Shown piece after piece: positions 8,401 through 16,102 of a DNA stretch of 32,000 nt (position 1 is its first letter; every line of letters starts with the position of its first letter). The DNA comes from Chlamydiota bacterium. Lineage in GTDB: Bacteria; Auribacterota; JACPWU01. Under the pieces are notes generated by a model. It saw only the letters and a list, made by a program, of their open reading frames with translations. It made no database searches and had not been told where the DNA came from. Location of the stretch: positions 16,230 to 48,229 of the forward strand of contig JACPWU010000054.1 in NCBI GenBank assembly GCA_016196885.1, written 5' to 3'. The translations under genes and the position numbers were made by a program.

Positions 8401-10367
8401 GCAAGAATTTCGTCAGCATTCTCAAACTCAGTGATGGTTAGAAATTGATTGAGATCAAGTGTGGGAAGTACGCCTTCGGCGGAAGCGGGCTCTAATTCTC
8501 GGCTTTCCAATTCGCGAAGCACAGACTCAAGGTCGCTGACGGCTTCAATGGCTGCTTGAGTATTCCCCAACCCCTGCTGCCAATCTGCAAAAAGTTTAGC
8601 GTGATTCCAGTTTGAGGCCTCAATCATTTCTCGGCCCATTTGTCCTGTCGTTTGCATCCCCAGCAAATGAAGGCGTGCGATCTTGAGTAATGTGGGCAAA
8701 GGTGCTGTTTTCAAGGCGCCTGGGGCACCTCCTAATAAGCCAAACAGTTCCTCCATTTTTCTAAAATAAAGACTTCGATCATCGGGATGACTCACGCGAG
8801 GGCTGATGATCCAGTAGCCGATTTTGGCTTCTTTGAGCAATTCTTTGAGGCCGGAAGTATGAAAACCTCCAGCAACCAAGGCCGCATGGTTGATTTTTTT
8901 CTCAGAGATCAGAGCGAGAGATTTATCCAGAAAGATGTGATCGCGTTCAAGCACTTTTTCGTAGAATTTTGCGGCCGTTTTGAAAACATCCCCAAAATCA
9001 GGGGATTCGAAAGCCGTTGTTCGTTGCTCGTCCTTCGTCGCTCGTAGATACAAAGTTTTGAGTTTGGCAACAAATTCTGTGACGAAACGGTTTCCGGTAC
9101 GATCTACGGACGACGAGTGACGATAGACGGCTTCAATATCTTCCCGCTTTCCTTCGAGTCGCGCAACCCGGTCGAGAATTGCATAATTTTTCTGAATCTC
9201 TATCAATTCTCTTTCCTGATCATTTTGGATGAGGGCTTGAGTTAATTCTTCTTCGGCCTCTTTCATTTCACCGTCTAATTTTTCCCATGAAAGATTTTTC
9301 ATGAGATTCATTTGGTCCATGAGAAGTTTGAGATTTTGAAAGGTCGAACTTCCATTTTCCATACGATTCATGTATTGGCTCAAATAAAGATAATGTTCTT
9401 GATCGCTCACTTGCCCCAGGCGATATTCCAGGACATGCCTTAAAAGGCTTGTGGATTCTTCCTTGGGGAGTTTGGCTTCAAGAATCTCTAGGAAGTGAAG
9501 GTATTCCTTTTCCAGGGCTTCTGGATTCACTTGCGATTCTAATTGAACCAGATCGGCATAATTTTTTAGAGTTGGATAAGGGGTGGAGACATCCTTGCCG
9601 AATGTTTCCTTATACTGCTGGGATAATTCTTTAAAATAGGTCTGAATATCTGTTCTCGTCTCTCGGTACTGCTTTACTTTGCTCATCCAGTCGTACATTC
9701 CTTTAGAGAAAACCTTTTTCTCAAGTGCTTCAATCATCTCTTTCGAGGTTTGCCAGGCCTGTTCCTGAAGGGTGTTTTCCTCCAAAGATTTTCCCATGGC
9801 GTCAATATTGTCTACATAAACGGATAAATCTTCGATTCCGAGACCCTGTGCCTTGTCAGGTCCTTCGGTGATGAGAAAGGATTCCACGGCGTCAATATCG
9901 CTTCTCTGAAGAAATTTCTCTTGAGCGATTTGAAGCGCCTTTTTGTCTGGAAAGGTATCGAAAAAGGACATGTCCATGCGGCCTTCAGCGGCCTCTGAGA
10001 AAACATAAAAGAGGGAATTGGGATTGGAAGATGGATGCGCACGTGAAACTGTTTTTAAAATGCCTCGTATATGGGCTTGTGCTTCTGGATTGCAGTGAAT
10101 ATCTTCAATAATGAACAATACGGGACGATCCTGAAAAACATTTTTTTCGACCACTTCTCCAAAATCACTCGGAATTTTTAAATGATCCAAAGCTGCACCG
10201 AACTCTTCTGAAGGCCTCTGAAGATTCCAATCGCTCCTTTGAATGGGGGAGGATTTGGACACAGTCTGGGCTATGTTTGCATCTTGTGCAAAGGTGAAAC
10301 TACAATCGTGGGTGATAAAGGAAAGACAGACAACAAGGCTGATGATTTGACGCGCAATTTTGAACAT
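2475..10367 (-). CDS. giant (2,630 aa) multidomain secreted/membrane-anchored protein of unknown function
   Basis: Single open frame with SD GAGGAGGG ~7 nt upstream of the ATG at 10367 and a TAA stop at 2475-2477. Order of segments: N-terminal signal peptide (MFKIARQIISLVVCLSFI..FAQD); ~700-aa domain; TM ending ..LASFMGC; Pro/Thr linker; ~230-aa beta-sandwich-like domain; hydrophobic cluster containing a second signal-peptide-like segment; ~450-aa beta-rich region; two paralogous helical modules split by a Pro/Ala linker; ~300-aa C-terminal region. Confidence 0.85.
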   Translation of the reverse strand: MFKIARQIISLVVCLSFITHDCSFTFAQDANIAQTVSKSSPIQRSDWNLQRPSEEFGAALDHLKIPSDFGEVVEKNVFQDRPVLFIIEDIHCNPEAQAHIRGILKTVSRAHPSSNPNSLFYVFSEAAEGRMDMSFFDTFPDKKALQIAQEKFLQRSDIDAVESFLITEGPDKAQGLGIEDLSVYVDNIDAMGKSLEENTLQEQAWQTSKEMIEALEKKVFSKGMYDWMSKVKQYRETRTDIQTYFKELSQQYKETFGKDVSTPYPTLKNYADLVQLESQVNPEALEKEYLHFLEILEAKLPKEESTSLLRHVLEYRLGQVSDQEHYLYLSQYMNRMENGSSTFQNLKLLMDQMNLMKNLSWEKLDGEMKEAEEELTQALIQNDQERELIEIQKNYAILDRVARLEGKREDIEAVYRHSSSVDRTGNRFVTEFVAKLKTLYLRATKDEQRTTAFESPDFGDVFKTAAKFYEKVLERDHIFLDKSLALISEKKINHAALVAGGFHTSGLKELLKEAKIGYWIISPRVSHPDDRSLYFRKMEELFGLLGGAPGALKTAPLPTLLKIARLHLLGMQTTGQMGREMIEASNWNHAKLFADWQQGLGNTQAAIEAVSDLESVLRELESRELEPASAEGVLPTLDLNQFLTITEFENADEILALLNDNDESRRALTERYLTRVLIRDGYTEPLENVLDRLFPKEVPSTPSQGGSFLRVLSRVLPASIVLLIAMSLASFMGCFETEFPGATPLPISGSPTPIEVSPTPAVTPEVSPTPGVSPTPAGESPTPEVTPTPTSTEAPTPSATQTPEPSEAPSPTPVVVTPTPEPSPTPAGTPEVSPTPAGTPEASPTPAGTPEVTPTPTEVTPTPGPDTHFYSEDFNGYESFDDLLGGGWEVIYDENGNNGNTTWSIPSDGTLTVTEDGDSSTVGYSAAMNRNDLGFIDLDSSFQFEYQVTFNNANQSAFVVVYADPSNVSNLKYVNLYADPTHYAVEDSGGPDEGVPSDLQYNVAYQVRLEIVPDPLDQGNNTVRFYVDDELKSTQIVQTPAGYRPYQIGFLSSYDSGSVVYDNLTADVIPDEAPLKAEDSSAKPKSESSRGGSYGSPVGTQFWNFRFLKFSFFSILGFATLSLLAFNSSYSIFAIPVALVSILPLTSRFLKRMPRFSRAVLALTLLFMSHLALAQGAEPVTPPPASEVPLTPAVSSAPEIPREITPSAFFQYGTLGVDSGHLSANYGNWVFLGGGGRINTYVDPDLVEAFADPNYLRAQDLTLWELYKNNPLYMGYVYGLRSFGRAKIRLGIQALATPDGTWMIRPSGGAEFRLNPIINGAWFRLDPIAAVFYQPVNPLRVYGSPLPPSTLALHAQLIGGPITFHLKTAFLPDPLLQTAVQQWAAHSGNPDTAFQRGFLDELYGGGGYYLEGTQSGDTLILNAVGEPLTDIRLYLNMADYSPSRGPLASWALKAGTVVDLFSWDTVATISSPGEHGRLTNSFSPSQGVRVFFESNATLVGLGGEWLLSVGGDASSRGRFRGTASVRYSRVHPRLGRASIEIGAGNLDAYDPLTVRPAWTGSANLTLVPHAIELKRADRGTTPGARVEIGPKPEKKSTSQGVTLNEGNLAFFRTELPKRWETVIQSIKTTRDPVTHVTNAGNPVKPGTLGLDLVAITQAYALSVEPASLNSTLAISLEEAKEMIQGIVDDLSFSEKAPNGLLYDVYTMTAEKGTTAMVIEGVKQEGALATVRSNGLAAYGLVVAMEFLRENDPGYAKDPTYQALKELFHSMDFHTATLELLKTNPHLGEEPYGRLCILLAVLQADEFDLGLITQLRPPLANPPNDVQRQELEIDLLLRLSGLEARWDEYDQQIATPWLATKPQDSALALRFAGDEVLDRLKRNGYAPSDPLWTFMALSDALFSAQQAFTTPDQFWNRFWTGEHKDARGLGLRRLLDPSPAGVGTTGSVLPSVPVPAAPAEPPPVPAAPAVSPPAVPREEATAPAAQSEQAAPVPAPTDHVETPAPLSPKEVAYCNKEYDKGWEQFKAWFDASFNETGLRVGLEISSEDLGLSLLTIAQRQRLEKISFQEAQKMIKKILSTFDRMDGDTHRLFHPRYRITETSSETLSASFSPKSSVLISAGLVVAMDLYGTTHGEDDLYQNLVRRFYSQKLSQAVQEQIKSGSLRPEEPYTRLAILIALLQSPEDRPNLISLLKSPSENPTEAQVRQELEVETILGARFSRPDSWGVYYDLMAQNLLARDPLSSGEASLALNERPHEALKRFRRENRRERLKFWEKRPADLWTLLSLGDAPAASKPIHLGTTRSSFAEYWITMNEWTSAQFVFDLPVPALPRSEGKKSSSQRRGTTGKRNRPSRSFDLNQFLDDPEYRSRYLQGGGSVRRILEVVGGALNARIRSKGMDSAAAAKLTDDLAGLIVDGRQAAWVQDIANVKASIVKKDPFMKGISSKENFHILIDVRLVMEQDGLELLEILQRLPKEVYVTFVVSHEGEMDPVKKRFNLDDLRDRYRVRPTSSYALENFLQADELSDLEHVIVLGSLEKSQEYGENAECRKRLVLGNAQVTLAQMLVAAQSPEDYRALIERLVTDPEKKAALLAEIDNPENGISLKTHPSLELPLRTLDKMIQRNEAAQRSM
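7819..7908. repeat. 3 x 30-bp tandem repeat inside the Pro/Thr linker of the giant gene
   Basis: The units at 7819-7848, 7849-7878 and 7879-7908 (GGCGTTCCAGCAGGTGTTGGAGAAGCTTCA and variants) differ at a few positions. On the minus strand they encode (E/T)(A/V)SPTPAGTP-type decapeptides. Partial units flank the array. Confidence 0.9.
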
Positions 10368-10566
10368 ATTCCCTCCTCAGGGTAACAATTTATAACGAAA
10401 ATGGGTGCGGAGAAAAAGACACTCCGGGCTAGAAATAGCCTACAGACGGAAGACACTTCTTGGCCTAAAAAGGTCAAAATAAATGAGGTTCAAAGAGTGA
10501 GGGATAGGGAACCTCTTCCTGCTAAAGGGGTTTTGGAACGAGGATTTTGAGTAAAAAGAGGTTATT

Positions 10567-10787
10567 TTAAACCCAGATTTTGCAATAGACGCGAGAACTC
10601 AAGAGCAAGAGCTTGAGCCAGACAGGCCTTTGCAGTCCCTGTGGGATTGGCCTGAAGAAAGCGCAGGCATGCATAAAAAGATGCCTGTCGAGCATTTCTG
10701 AAGGCCAAGATGGCCAAGATCTCAAGCTGTTATAGGAACCTGTGGGATGCGGTCGAATTCCGCGGCCTATTGCAAATTCTGGGTTAA
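10567..10787. repeat. 221-bp element bounded by 20-bp inverted repeats
   Basis: TAAACCCAGATTTTGCAATA (10567-10586) versus TATTGCAAATTCTGGGTTAA (10768-10787), 18/20 complementary. It lies in the 5' intergenic region of the giant gene. Confidence 0.6.
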
Positions 10788-10901
10788 AGGAGGGTGGTCC
10801 GATAGATGTTAGAGAGCCTGTTGGTGTTGTCGCATCCTATCCTACCTGTCGTGTCACGCACCCCAGCCCACATGTCATTTCGAAATCATGTCTTTTTGTA
10901 G

Positions 10902-10939
10902 CCGCCCGATTCATCGGGCAGTCCCATAAATGGGGCGAC
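10902..10939 (-). repeat. double-hairpin repeat, shorter inverted copy of 31803-31864
   Basis: The reverse complement reads GTCGCCCCATTTATGGGACTGCCCGATGAATCGGGCGG. It shares the GTCGCCCCATTTATGGG and CTGCCCGAT.AATCGGG hairpins with 31803-31864 and lacks ~27 nt between them. Confidence 0.65.
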
Positions 10940-10952
10940 ACCAAAATGAGCC

Positions 10953-12168
10953 TCACTTCTTTGTTGTTGCACTCGCAGTCGTGGCCGTATCTACGTTTGT
11001 ATTTGTTGAAGAAGTTTTTTGTTTCTGAGCTGAAGCAACTGATAACGTATTTGCACTGACCCACTTAATATTTTTTAAATTGGGATTGTATTGTAGAGGA
11101 GCAGGTTTCAGCAAAGTCGCTGAAGATGTTTTGGTAGAACTTGTCTTTCCTGTAGAAACGGCTTGTTGAGTCGTTTTGCTGTTGGTTTGAGTTTTTTTAG
11201 TTTGTGGTGTTTTTGAAGAACTGGTTTTTGAAGATTCTTGAGAGGTTATTTTCTGTGCGGATGCATTTTGAGTAGAGACTGCGTGCCAATCTACATTTTG
11301 ATAGGCAGGTTTTAAATTGAGAGCGGGTTTTTTTGCCTGTGGAGGTTGAATAACAGGAATCTTTGTTTGTCCAGAAGCAGGTGTTTCAGTGCTATGGGGT
11401 GCAGATGAAGAAGATTGTGAGGACATCTGGTTTAGAGCATTCCAATCCACAGAATTTGAGTGTGTTTGAGAAGATGAACTTTGAGATGTATTGCTGGGGT
11501 GCTGGCGCCGTTTGCGTTCTAGAATTTTCAGGAGGGCGAGAAGAAGAGGGGGCAGCGGGCTCTCGTCTGGGGGCAGAAGAGGGCTGTTCATCTCGAGCTG
11601 GACGATTCTCCCAATCAGAACGGGCGGTTGTTCGAGCCTGAAGAATGGGATGCAATCTAAATGTTTCCCAGACATCGGCAGAGGTGTTGATTGCCCCTAA
11701 GTAACTGTCATTTCCAATCCCCGCGCGGACATATCTGCCCAAGGCGATCGATCGAAACGCCACTTTGTCATCTCCCAGTTGGCGCAGTTCAAAAGTTTGT
11801 TCTTCTGCGATGTTTGAACTTAAAGCCATTACATCAAAATTAGGGATGTTGTAGCTGATGGAAGCGTACTTATTGCTTTTGACGGATTGAAGAGCGACTT
11901 TGCGATTCCCCAAATCAACCAAGCGAAATGCCTCCCAAATTTGAAGGTGGGAACTGGCGGCGCCGAGCCTTGATTTTTCTCCGAGGCCTGCTCGGACGTA
12001 TTTCCCAGTTTTAATGGATTGAAAAGCAACTTTCCCGTCTCCCAGCATGTGGATTTTAAAACCCTCCCAAAGATGAAGATGAGGACTGACGGCACCCAAA
12101 TAGCACCCGATGAAATCAATGCCCGCTCGCACATAGCGTCCATTGGAGACAGATTGTATGCCGATCAT
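10953..12168 (-). CDS. beta-trefoil (fascin-like) repeat protein with Ser/Thr/Gln-rich tail, interrupted by a +1 frame change near 11496-11499
   Basis: ORF 11392-12168 has four ~44-aa repeats of the pattern G(D)xKVAxQS..xGxYVRAG....LGA.S....WExF. Its Pro/Ser-rich linker overlaps ORF 10953-11675 in another frame. An xDW motif occurs in the first frame (SDWEN) and then in the second (VDWNA, VDWHA, IKWVS) at irregular ~55-75-aa intervals. Skipping one C in GCA-CCC-C-AGC joins the two frames. Confidence 0.55.
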
Positions 12169-12312
12169 ATCACCCGAGTTGATTTTCCCATTCCAGTCTT
12201 CTATTTTTTGAAATTTTTTCTTTCCGTCAGAGAATTTATAACTTTTTCGCGTTCCACTGTGCCGTCCAAATGAGATGCTTCCAATGTCTACACTGAGAGA
12301 ATTAAGACCGAT

Positions 12313-12828
12313 CTAGTCCGTGCTAAAATGTTTTGACAACCAATCTACACCGATACGAACATCTACTTTGACGACAGGGGTGAGGGATAAATCAATTTTG
12401 TAGCGAGGTTTTTCAAGAATAAATCCATAATTTTTTTCTAAGGATTCTCCATTCCCGGAAATAGCAGGCAAATCACTTTTTAGAGGTTTAGGCTGTGTGC
12501 TTGAGAAAGAAAGCTCTTCCTTTTTTAAATTTTGAGAGCCTAAAAAAGGTTGATAATCAAGGCCCACCGTGCCGTCTCCGTCAAATCGGATGCCAAATTG
12601 GGCAAAGCCATTCAAGGCGCCAAAACTAAATTGTGTGTTTGTCGCTGAAGGAGGGATCGGAATGATAGGGCCTTCCCCATGTCCGAGGGGAGGAGGAAAA
12701 TTCTGATTGCAATCAATTCCATAATAATGGAAGTCAATCACGGGAGGAATGTCGCTCCAAAGGGCTCGTAATTTCATTCCAAAGCCAAACTTGGCTTCCA
12801 AAACGGCTTCATTGCCGTCAAAAACCAT
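12313..12828 (-). CDS. hypothetical beta-rich protein (start uncertain: ATG 12828 or TTG 12870)
   Basis: The open frame ends at TAG 12313-12315. ATG 12828 overlaps the upstream gene's stop (ATGGTTTTTGA), which is typical of translational coupling. No signal peptide and no motif I recognise. Confidence 0.5.
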   Translation of the reverse strand: MVFDGNEAVLEAKFGFGMKLRALWSDIPPVIDFHYYGIDCNQNFPPPLGHGEGPIIPIPPSATNTQFSFGALNGFAQFGIRFDGDGTVGLDYQPFLGSQNLKKEELSFSSTQPKPLKSDLPAISGNGESLEKNYGFILEKPRYKIDLSLTPVVKVDVRIGVDWLSKHFSTD

Positions 12829-13468
12829 GTCTGAGGGTAAACCCACTTTCCTGAATGCTGGGCTTTTCAACGGGCAATCGTTCTTCCGCTCCTTGATCGG
12901 CGTTCTGAGAATTTAAGGCATCCAGATTTTTCGTCGGAAAGGGGAATTGCACTTTTCCGTTTATTTCTGGGAAAGGGGCTTTGGGAATATCATTTTGAAT
13001 ATAGTCTCGAAAGCCCTGTAAACTTGAGGGTTTTAGAGAGGCGATCGTGATATTGTTTGCGGCACGTGTGGGTGCAAACTGATTTTTAAAGAAATCAGAT
13101 CCTTGTGATAATGTTTGAGGATTGGCAACGACAAAACGAGTGCTTTGGGTCAGGACAAAGGCATCCGACAATTCTAAAACCTCGCTGGTGAATTCGGGTC
13201 TTTCAACAAGGGCCTGTCCAGACGTGTTTCTCTGAAGCTGGGCCTGAAGTTCATTTTGCTCTCTAAAAGTTTTTTGGGCAATGTTTCCCAATGTGAGCGT
13301 TTTATTGGCAAAGGAAGAAAGCGTTCCCTTGCTTAAAATATTTGGACTGGCAAATCGCACCTCTTCATCCAACGCAGGAGTTGCGTGGATCCATGGGGTG
13401 TTCCAGAAGAGATTAAAAGAGGCCGTGAGAATCACCAGAAAAGTTGATATTCTAAGGCGAGATTTCAT
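12818..13468 (-). CDS. secreted hypothetical protein
   Basis: The internal ATG at 13468 is preceded by AGGAGA at a spacing of ~6 nt. The N-terminus MKSRLRISTFLVILTASFNLFW..IHA is signal-peptide-like. I do not recognise the rest of the protein. Confidence 0.6.
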   Translation of the reverse strand: MKSRLRISTFLVILTASFNLFWNTPWIHATPALDEEVRFASPNILSKGTLSSFANKTLTLGNIAQKTFREQNELQAQLQRNTSGQALVERPEFTSEVLELSDAFVLTQSTRFVVANPQTLSQGSDFFKNQFAPTRAANNITIASLKPSSLQGFRDYIQNDIPKAPFPEINGKVQFPFPTKNLDALNSQNADQGAEERLPVEKPSIQESGFTLRHGF

Positions 13469-13576
13469 ATTCTTCTCCTGGGCGTAATCTACATTAGAAT
13501 ATAGCACAATTTTTTGAGAGTGGATGGGATGGCAAATAATAGTGTTGACCCCCAATGAGTTAGAGAAAAGGTATTC

Positions 13577-14920
13577 ATGAATGTCATTTTTTTATCTCGC
13601 CTACAATTTGGACTGACCATTTGTTTTCACTACATTTTTCCACCCCTGAGTGTGGGGCTGGGCCTTCTTCTGGTCTTAATGGAAGGAATGTATCTTTGGA
13701 CGAAAAATCCGCTTTATCAGAAGATGACGCAATTCTGGGTGCGCATTTTTGGCCTCACCTTCGCGATCGGAGTGGCCTCTGGCATTGTGATGGAATTTCA
13801 ATTTGGGACCAACTGGTCTTCTTATTCGCGTTATGTCGGGGACGTTTTTGGAAGTGCGCTAGCTGCAGAGGGAATTTTCGCTTTTTTTCTCGAGTCTGGA
13901 TTTTTAGCCATTCTTTTATTTGGATGGAATAAAGTCGGACCCAAGACTCATTTTTTCTCGACGCTTATGGTTTCGCTTGGGTCCATGTTCAGTGCGGTTT
14001 GGATTGTGGTCGCCAATTCCTGGATGCAAACGCCTGCTGGTTTCCACCTGGTGGAAAGGGGAGGACAGGTTCGTGCCGAGATTACAAATTTTTGGAAATT
14101 GTTCTTCAATCCTTCCTCCATGGGAAGATTGAGCCATGTGATCACCGGATGTTGGCAGGCCGGCGCTTGGTTCGTTCTAAGCGTCAGCGCCTATTACTTA
14201 TTGAAAAGAAAGCACGAAGATTTTGCAAAGGCCTCGATTAAAATTACATTGGTGCTAGCCTTCATTTCCTCCATTTTACAAATACTTTCAGGTCACGCCA
14301 ACGCGGTGATCGTAAGCCGTTATCAGCCGGCGAAGCTCGCGGCCATGGAGGGGCATTATCCTGTGAATGCGCCAGCCAATTTTAATTTATGGGGTTGGGT
14401 GGATGGAAAAGAAGAGAGGGTTCGAGGAGGGTTGGCCTTGCCAGGTTTTTTAAGCTTTCTGGTTTCCGGAAAATTTGACACCCCTATCAAAGGGCTCAAC
14501 GCTTTTCCTCCCCAAGATCGTCCTCCCGTTCAAGCTACTTTTCAGTGTTATCATGGAATGTTGCTCATTGGGATTGCTCTTTTTCTGTTTAGTCTTTGGG
14601 GTGTGATTCTCTGGAGGAAAGGAAAACTTTTTCAAAGTCGCTGGCTTTTAAAACTTTTTGTTTTGTCCGTTTTAGGCCCTCAACTGGCCAATCAATTAGG
14701 CTGGATGACGGCCGAGGTGGGAAGACAGCCTTGGATTGTCTATGGGCTTCTTCGAACCTCTGAAGGGGTCTCGCCCATTCTTCGTTCAGGACAAGTTCTT
14801 TTCTCCATCATTTTATTTTCTCTCGTGTATCTTTTATTATTTGTTTTATTCATTTATTTGTTGGATCAAAAAATTCGAAAAGGTCCTGAGAGTCATCAAG
14901 AAACGTTGCATCGGGCGTAA
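13577..14920 (+). CDS. cydA: cytochrome bd-type quinol oxidase subunit I
   Basis: 447 aa and polytopic. It starts with the conserved N-terminus [23 protein letters not shown]. It also has ..EFQFGTNW.., [20 protein letters not shown], and a short Q-loop. Confidence 0.93.
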   Translation: MNVIFLSRLQFGLTICFHYIFPPLSVGLGLLLVLMEGMYLWTKNPLYQKMTQFWVRIFGLTFAIGVASGIVMEFQFGTNWSSYSRYVGDVFGSALAAEGIFAFFLESGFLAILLFGWNKVGPKTHFFSTLMVSLGSMFSAVWIVVANSWMQTPAGFHLVERGGQVRAEITNFWKLFFNPSSMGRLSHVITGCWQAGAWFVLSVSAYYLLKRKHEDFAKASIKITLVLAFISSILQILSGHANAVIVSRYQPAKLAAMEGHYPVNAPANFNLWGWVDGKEERVRGGLALPGFLSFLVSGKFDTPIKGLNAFPPQDRPPVQATFQCYHGMLLIGIALFLFSLWGVILWRKGKLFQSRWLLKLFVLSVLGPQLANQLGWMTAEVGRQPWIVYGLLRTSEGVSPILRSGQVLFSIILFSLVYLLLFVLFIYLLDQKIRKGPESHQETLHRA

Positions 14921-14971
14921 TGCGGAAACGTCAACAGAGGTTGCTGCTAGGCTGTTCGAAAATGTTGTTTT

Positions 14972-15004
14972 CCCCTCCCTATTATGGGAGGGGTTAGGGG
15001 AGGG
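14972..15004. repeat. G/C-tract hairpin repeat in the cydA-cydB spacer
   Basis: CCCCTCCC-tattat-GGGAGGGG followed by TTAGGGGAGGG. Related GGAGGGGTTAG-type hairpins occur at 17568-17645. Confidence 0.7.
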
Positions 15005-15037
15005 AATGTTGCAATGACTAAAGCAAGGTGAGTCGCT

Positions 15038-16060
15038 ATGCATTTAGACCTTCATATCATCTGGTTTATTTTGGTCGGAATGCTCATGACGGGTTACGCC
15101 CTGTTAGATGGCTTTGACCTGGGCGTAGGGGCTTTGCATCTTTGGACCCGCACGGATCAAAATCGGCGTATCATGCTCAATGCGATTGGTCCTGTGTGGG
15201 ATGGAAATGAAGTCTGGTTGGTAACGGGGGGAGGTGCTTTGTTTGCGGCTTTTCCAGAAGTTTACGCAACTGTTTTTTCAGGTTTTTACGAAGCGTTTAT
15301 GTTGCTTCTTTTTGCTCTGATTTTTAGAGCGGTCGCCATTGAATTTAGAAGCAAGCGTCCCGGAGAAAAATGGCACCTTTTGTGGGATGTCAGTTTTAGC
15401 GTGTCGAGTATTCTTTCAAGCTTTCTAATCGGAGTGGCGCTTGGAAATTTAGCGTGGGGAATTCCCCTTTCGGATCACAAAGAATTTATGGGAAATTTTT
15501 TCACGCTCCTTCATCCCTACAGCATTTTAGTCGGAATTCTTACAGTCGCTCTTTTTATGATGCATGGGGCCATTTACATTGTTCTTAAGACAGAAGGAGC
15601 ACTTCATGAACAAGCCCGAGGCTGGGTTAAAAATACCATGATTTTCTTTATTGTTATGTTTGCAATGACGACGCTGGCCACGCTTCTTTATGCCCCTCAA
15701 ATGTCGGATGTCATTCGCACTCACCCTGTTTTATTTCTGGTTCCTCTGCTCAACATTCTTTTCATCGCGAACATCCCTCGCGAGATCTCAAAAGGAAGAG
15801 ACTTCCGAGCCTTTCTTTCTTCATGCTTTACCGTCCTGACCCTCATGGCCCTTTTTGCCATAGATGTATTCCCCAATCTGGTTTATTCCAATCCCCATCC
15901 TGAAAACAGCCTCACCCTTTACAATGCGGCGTCCTCTCCTGAAACCCTTCATATGATGCTCATCATTGCTGCTCTCGGGATTCCCTTGGTGCTGGCCTAC
16001 ACCGTCAGCATTTACTGGATTTTTAGAGGGAAGGTGAAATTGGAAGAGACGAGTTATTAA
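15038..16060 (+). CDS. cydB: cytochrome bd-type quinol oxidase subunit II
   Basis: 340 aa. The motifs LDGFDLGVG, GPVWDGNEVWL and the polytopic profile are present. SD AAGGTGAG lies upstream of the ATG at 15038. Confidence 0.92.
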   Translation: MHLDLHIIWFILVGMLMTGYALLDGFDLGVGALHLWTRTDQNRRIMLNAIGPVWDGNEVWLVTGGGALFAAFPEVYATVFSGFYEAFMLLLFALIFRAVAIEFRSKRPGEKWHLLWDVSFSVSSILSSFLIGVALGNLAWGIPLSDHKEFMGNFFTLLHPYSILVGILTVALFMMHGAIYIVLKTEGALHEQARGWVKNTMIFFIVMFAMTTLATLLYAPQMSDVIRTHPVLFLVPLLNILFIANIPREISKGRDFRAFLSSCFTVLTLMALFAIDVFPNLVYSNPHPENSLTLYNAASSPETLHMMLIIAALGIPLVLAYTVSIYWIFRGKVKLEETSY

Positions 16061-16102
16061 TCCATTGTCATTCTTTTCCGTGAATGCTACATTCCTTCCA
16101 CC

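Noticed and set aside
2475-10367. Repeated Pro/Thr blocks and the internal duplication raised the idea of a diversity-generating retroelement or retron target.
   Set aside because: There is no reverse transcriptase, no template/variable repeat pair with A-specific mismatches, and no msr/msd-like structure anywhere in the window.
10742-11064. ORFs 10742-11059 (+) and 10837-11064 (-) lie at the 3' flank of the beta-trefoil gene.
   Set aside because: They overlap each other, the hairpin repeat at 10902-10939 and the tail of the 10953-11675 frame. They have no SD and an odd composition.
12169-12315. The ORF ending at TAG 12313-12315 and the fascin-like ORF starting at ATG 12168 are in the same frame. 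The 48 codons between them contain no stop and no ATG/GTG/TTG, which raised the idea of TAG read-through or reassignment.
   Set aside because: TAG terminates several confident genes here: the Cld-family gene at 16835-16837, the PNP-family gene at 18335-18337 and the His-rich gene at 19858-19860. ATG 12168 coincides with the first beta-strand (MIGIQS) of the first trefoil repeat, so it is a natural start. A 48-codon stop-free stretch in one frame is not improbable by chance. A pseudogenised fusion cannot be fully excluded.
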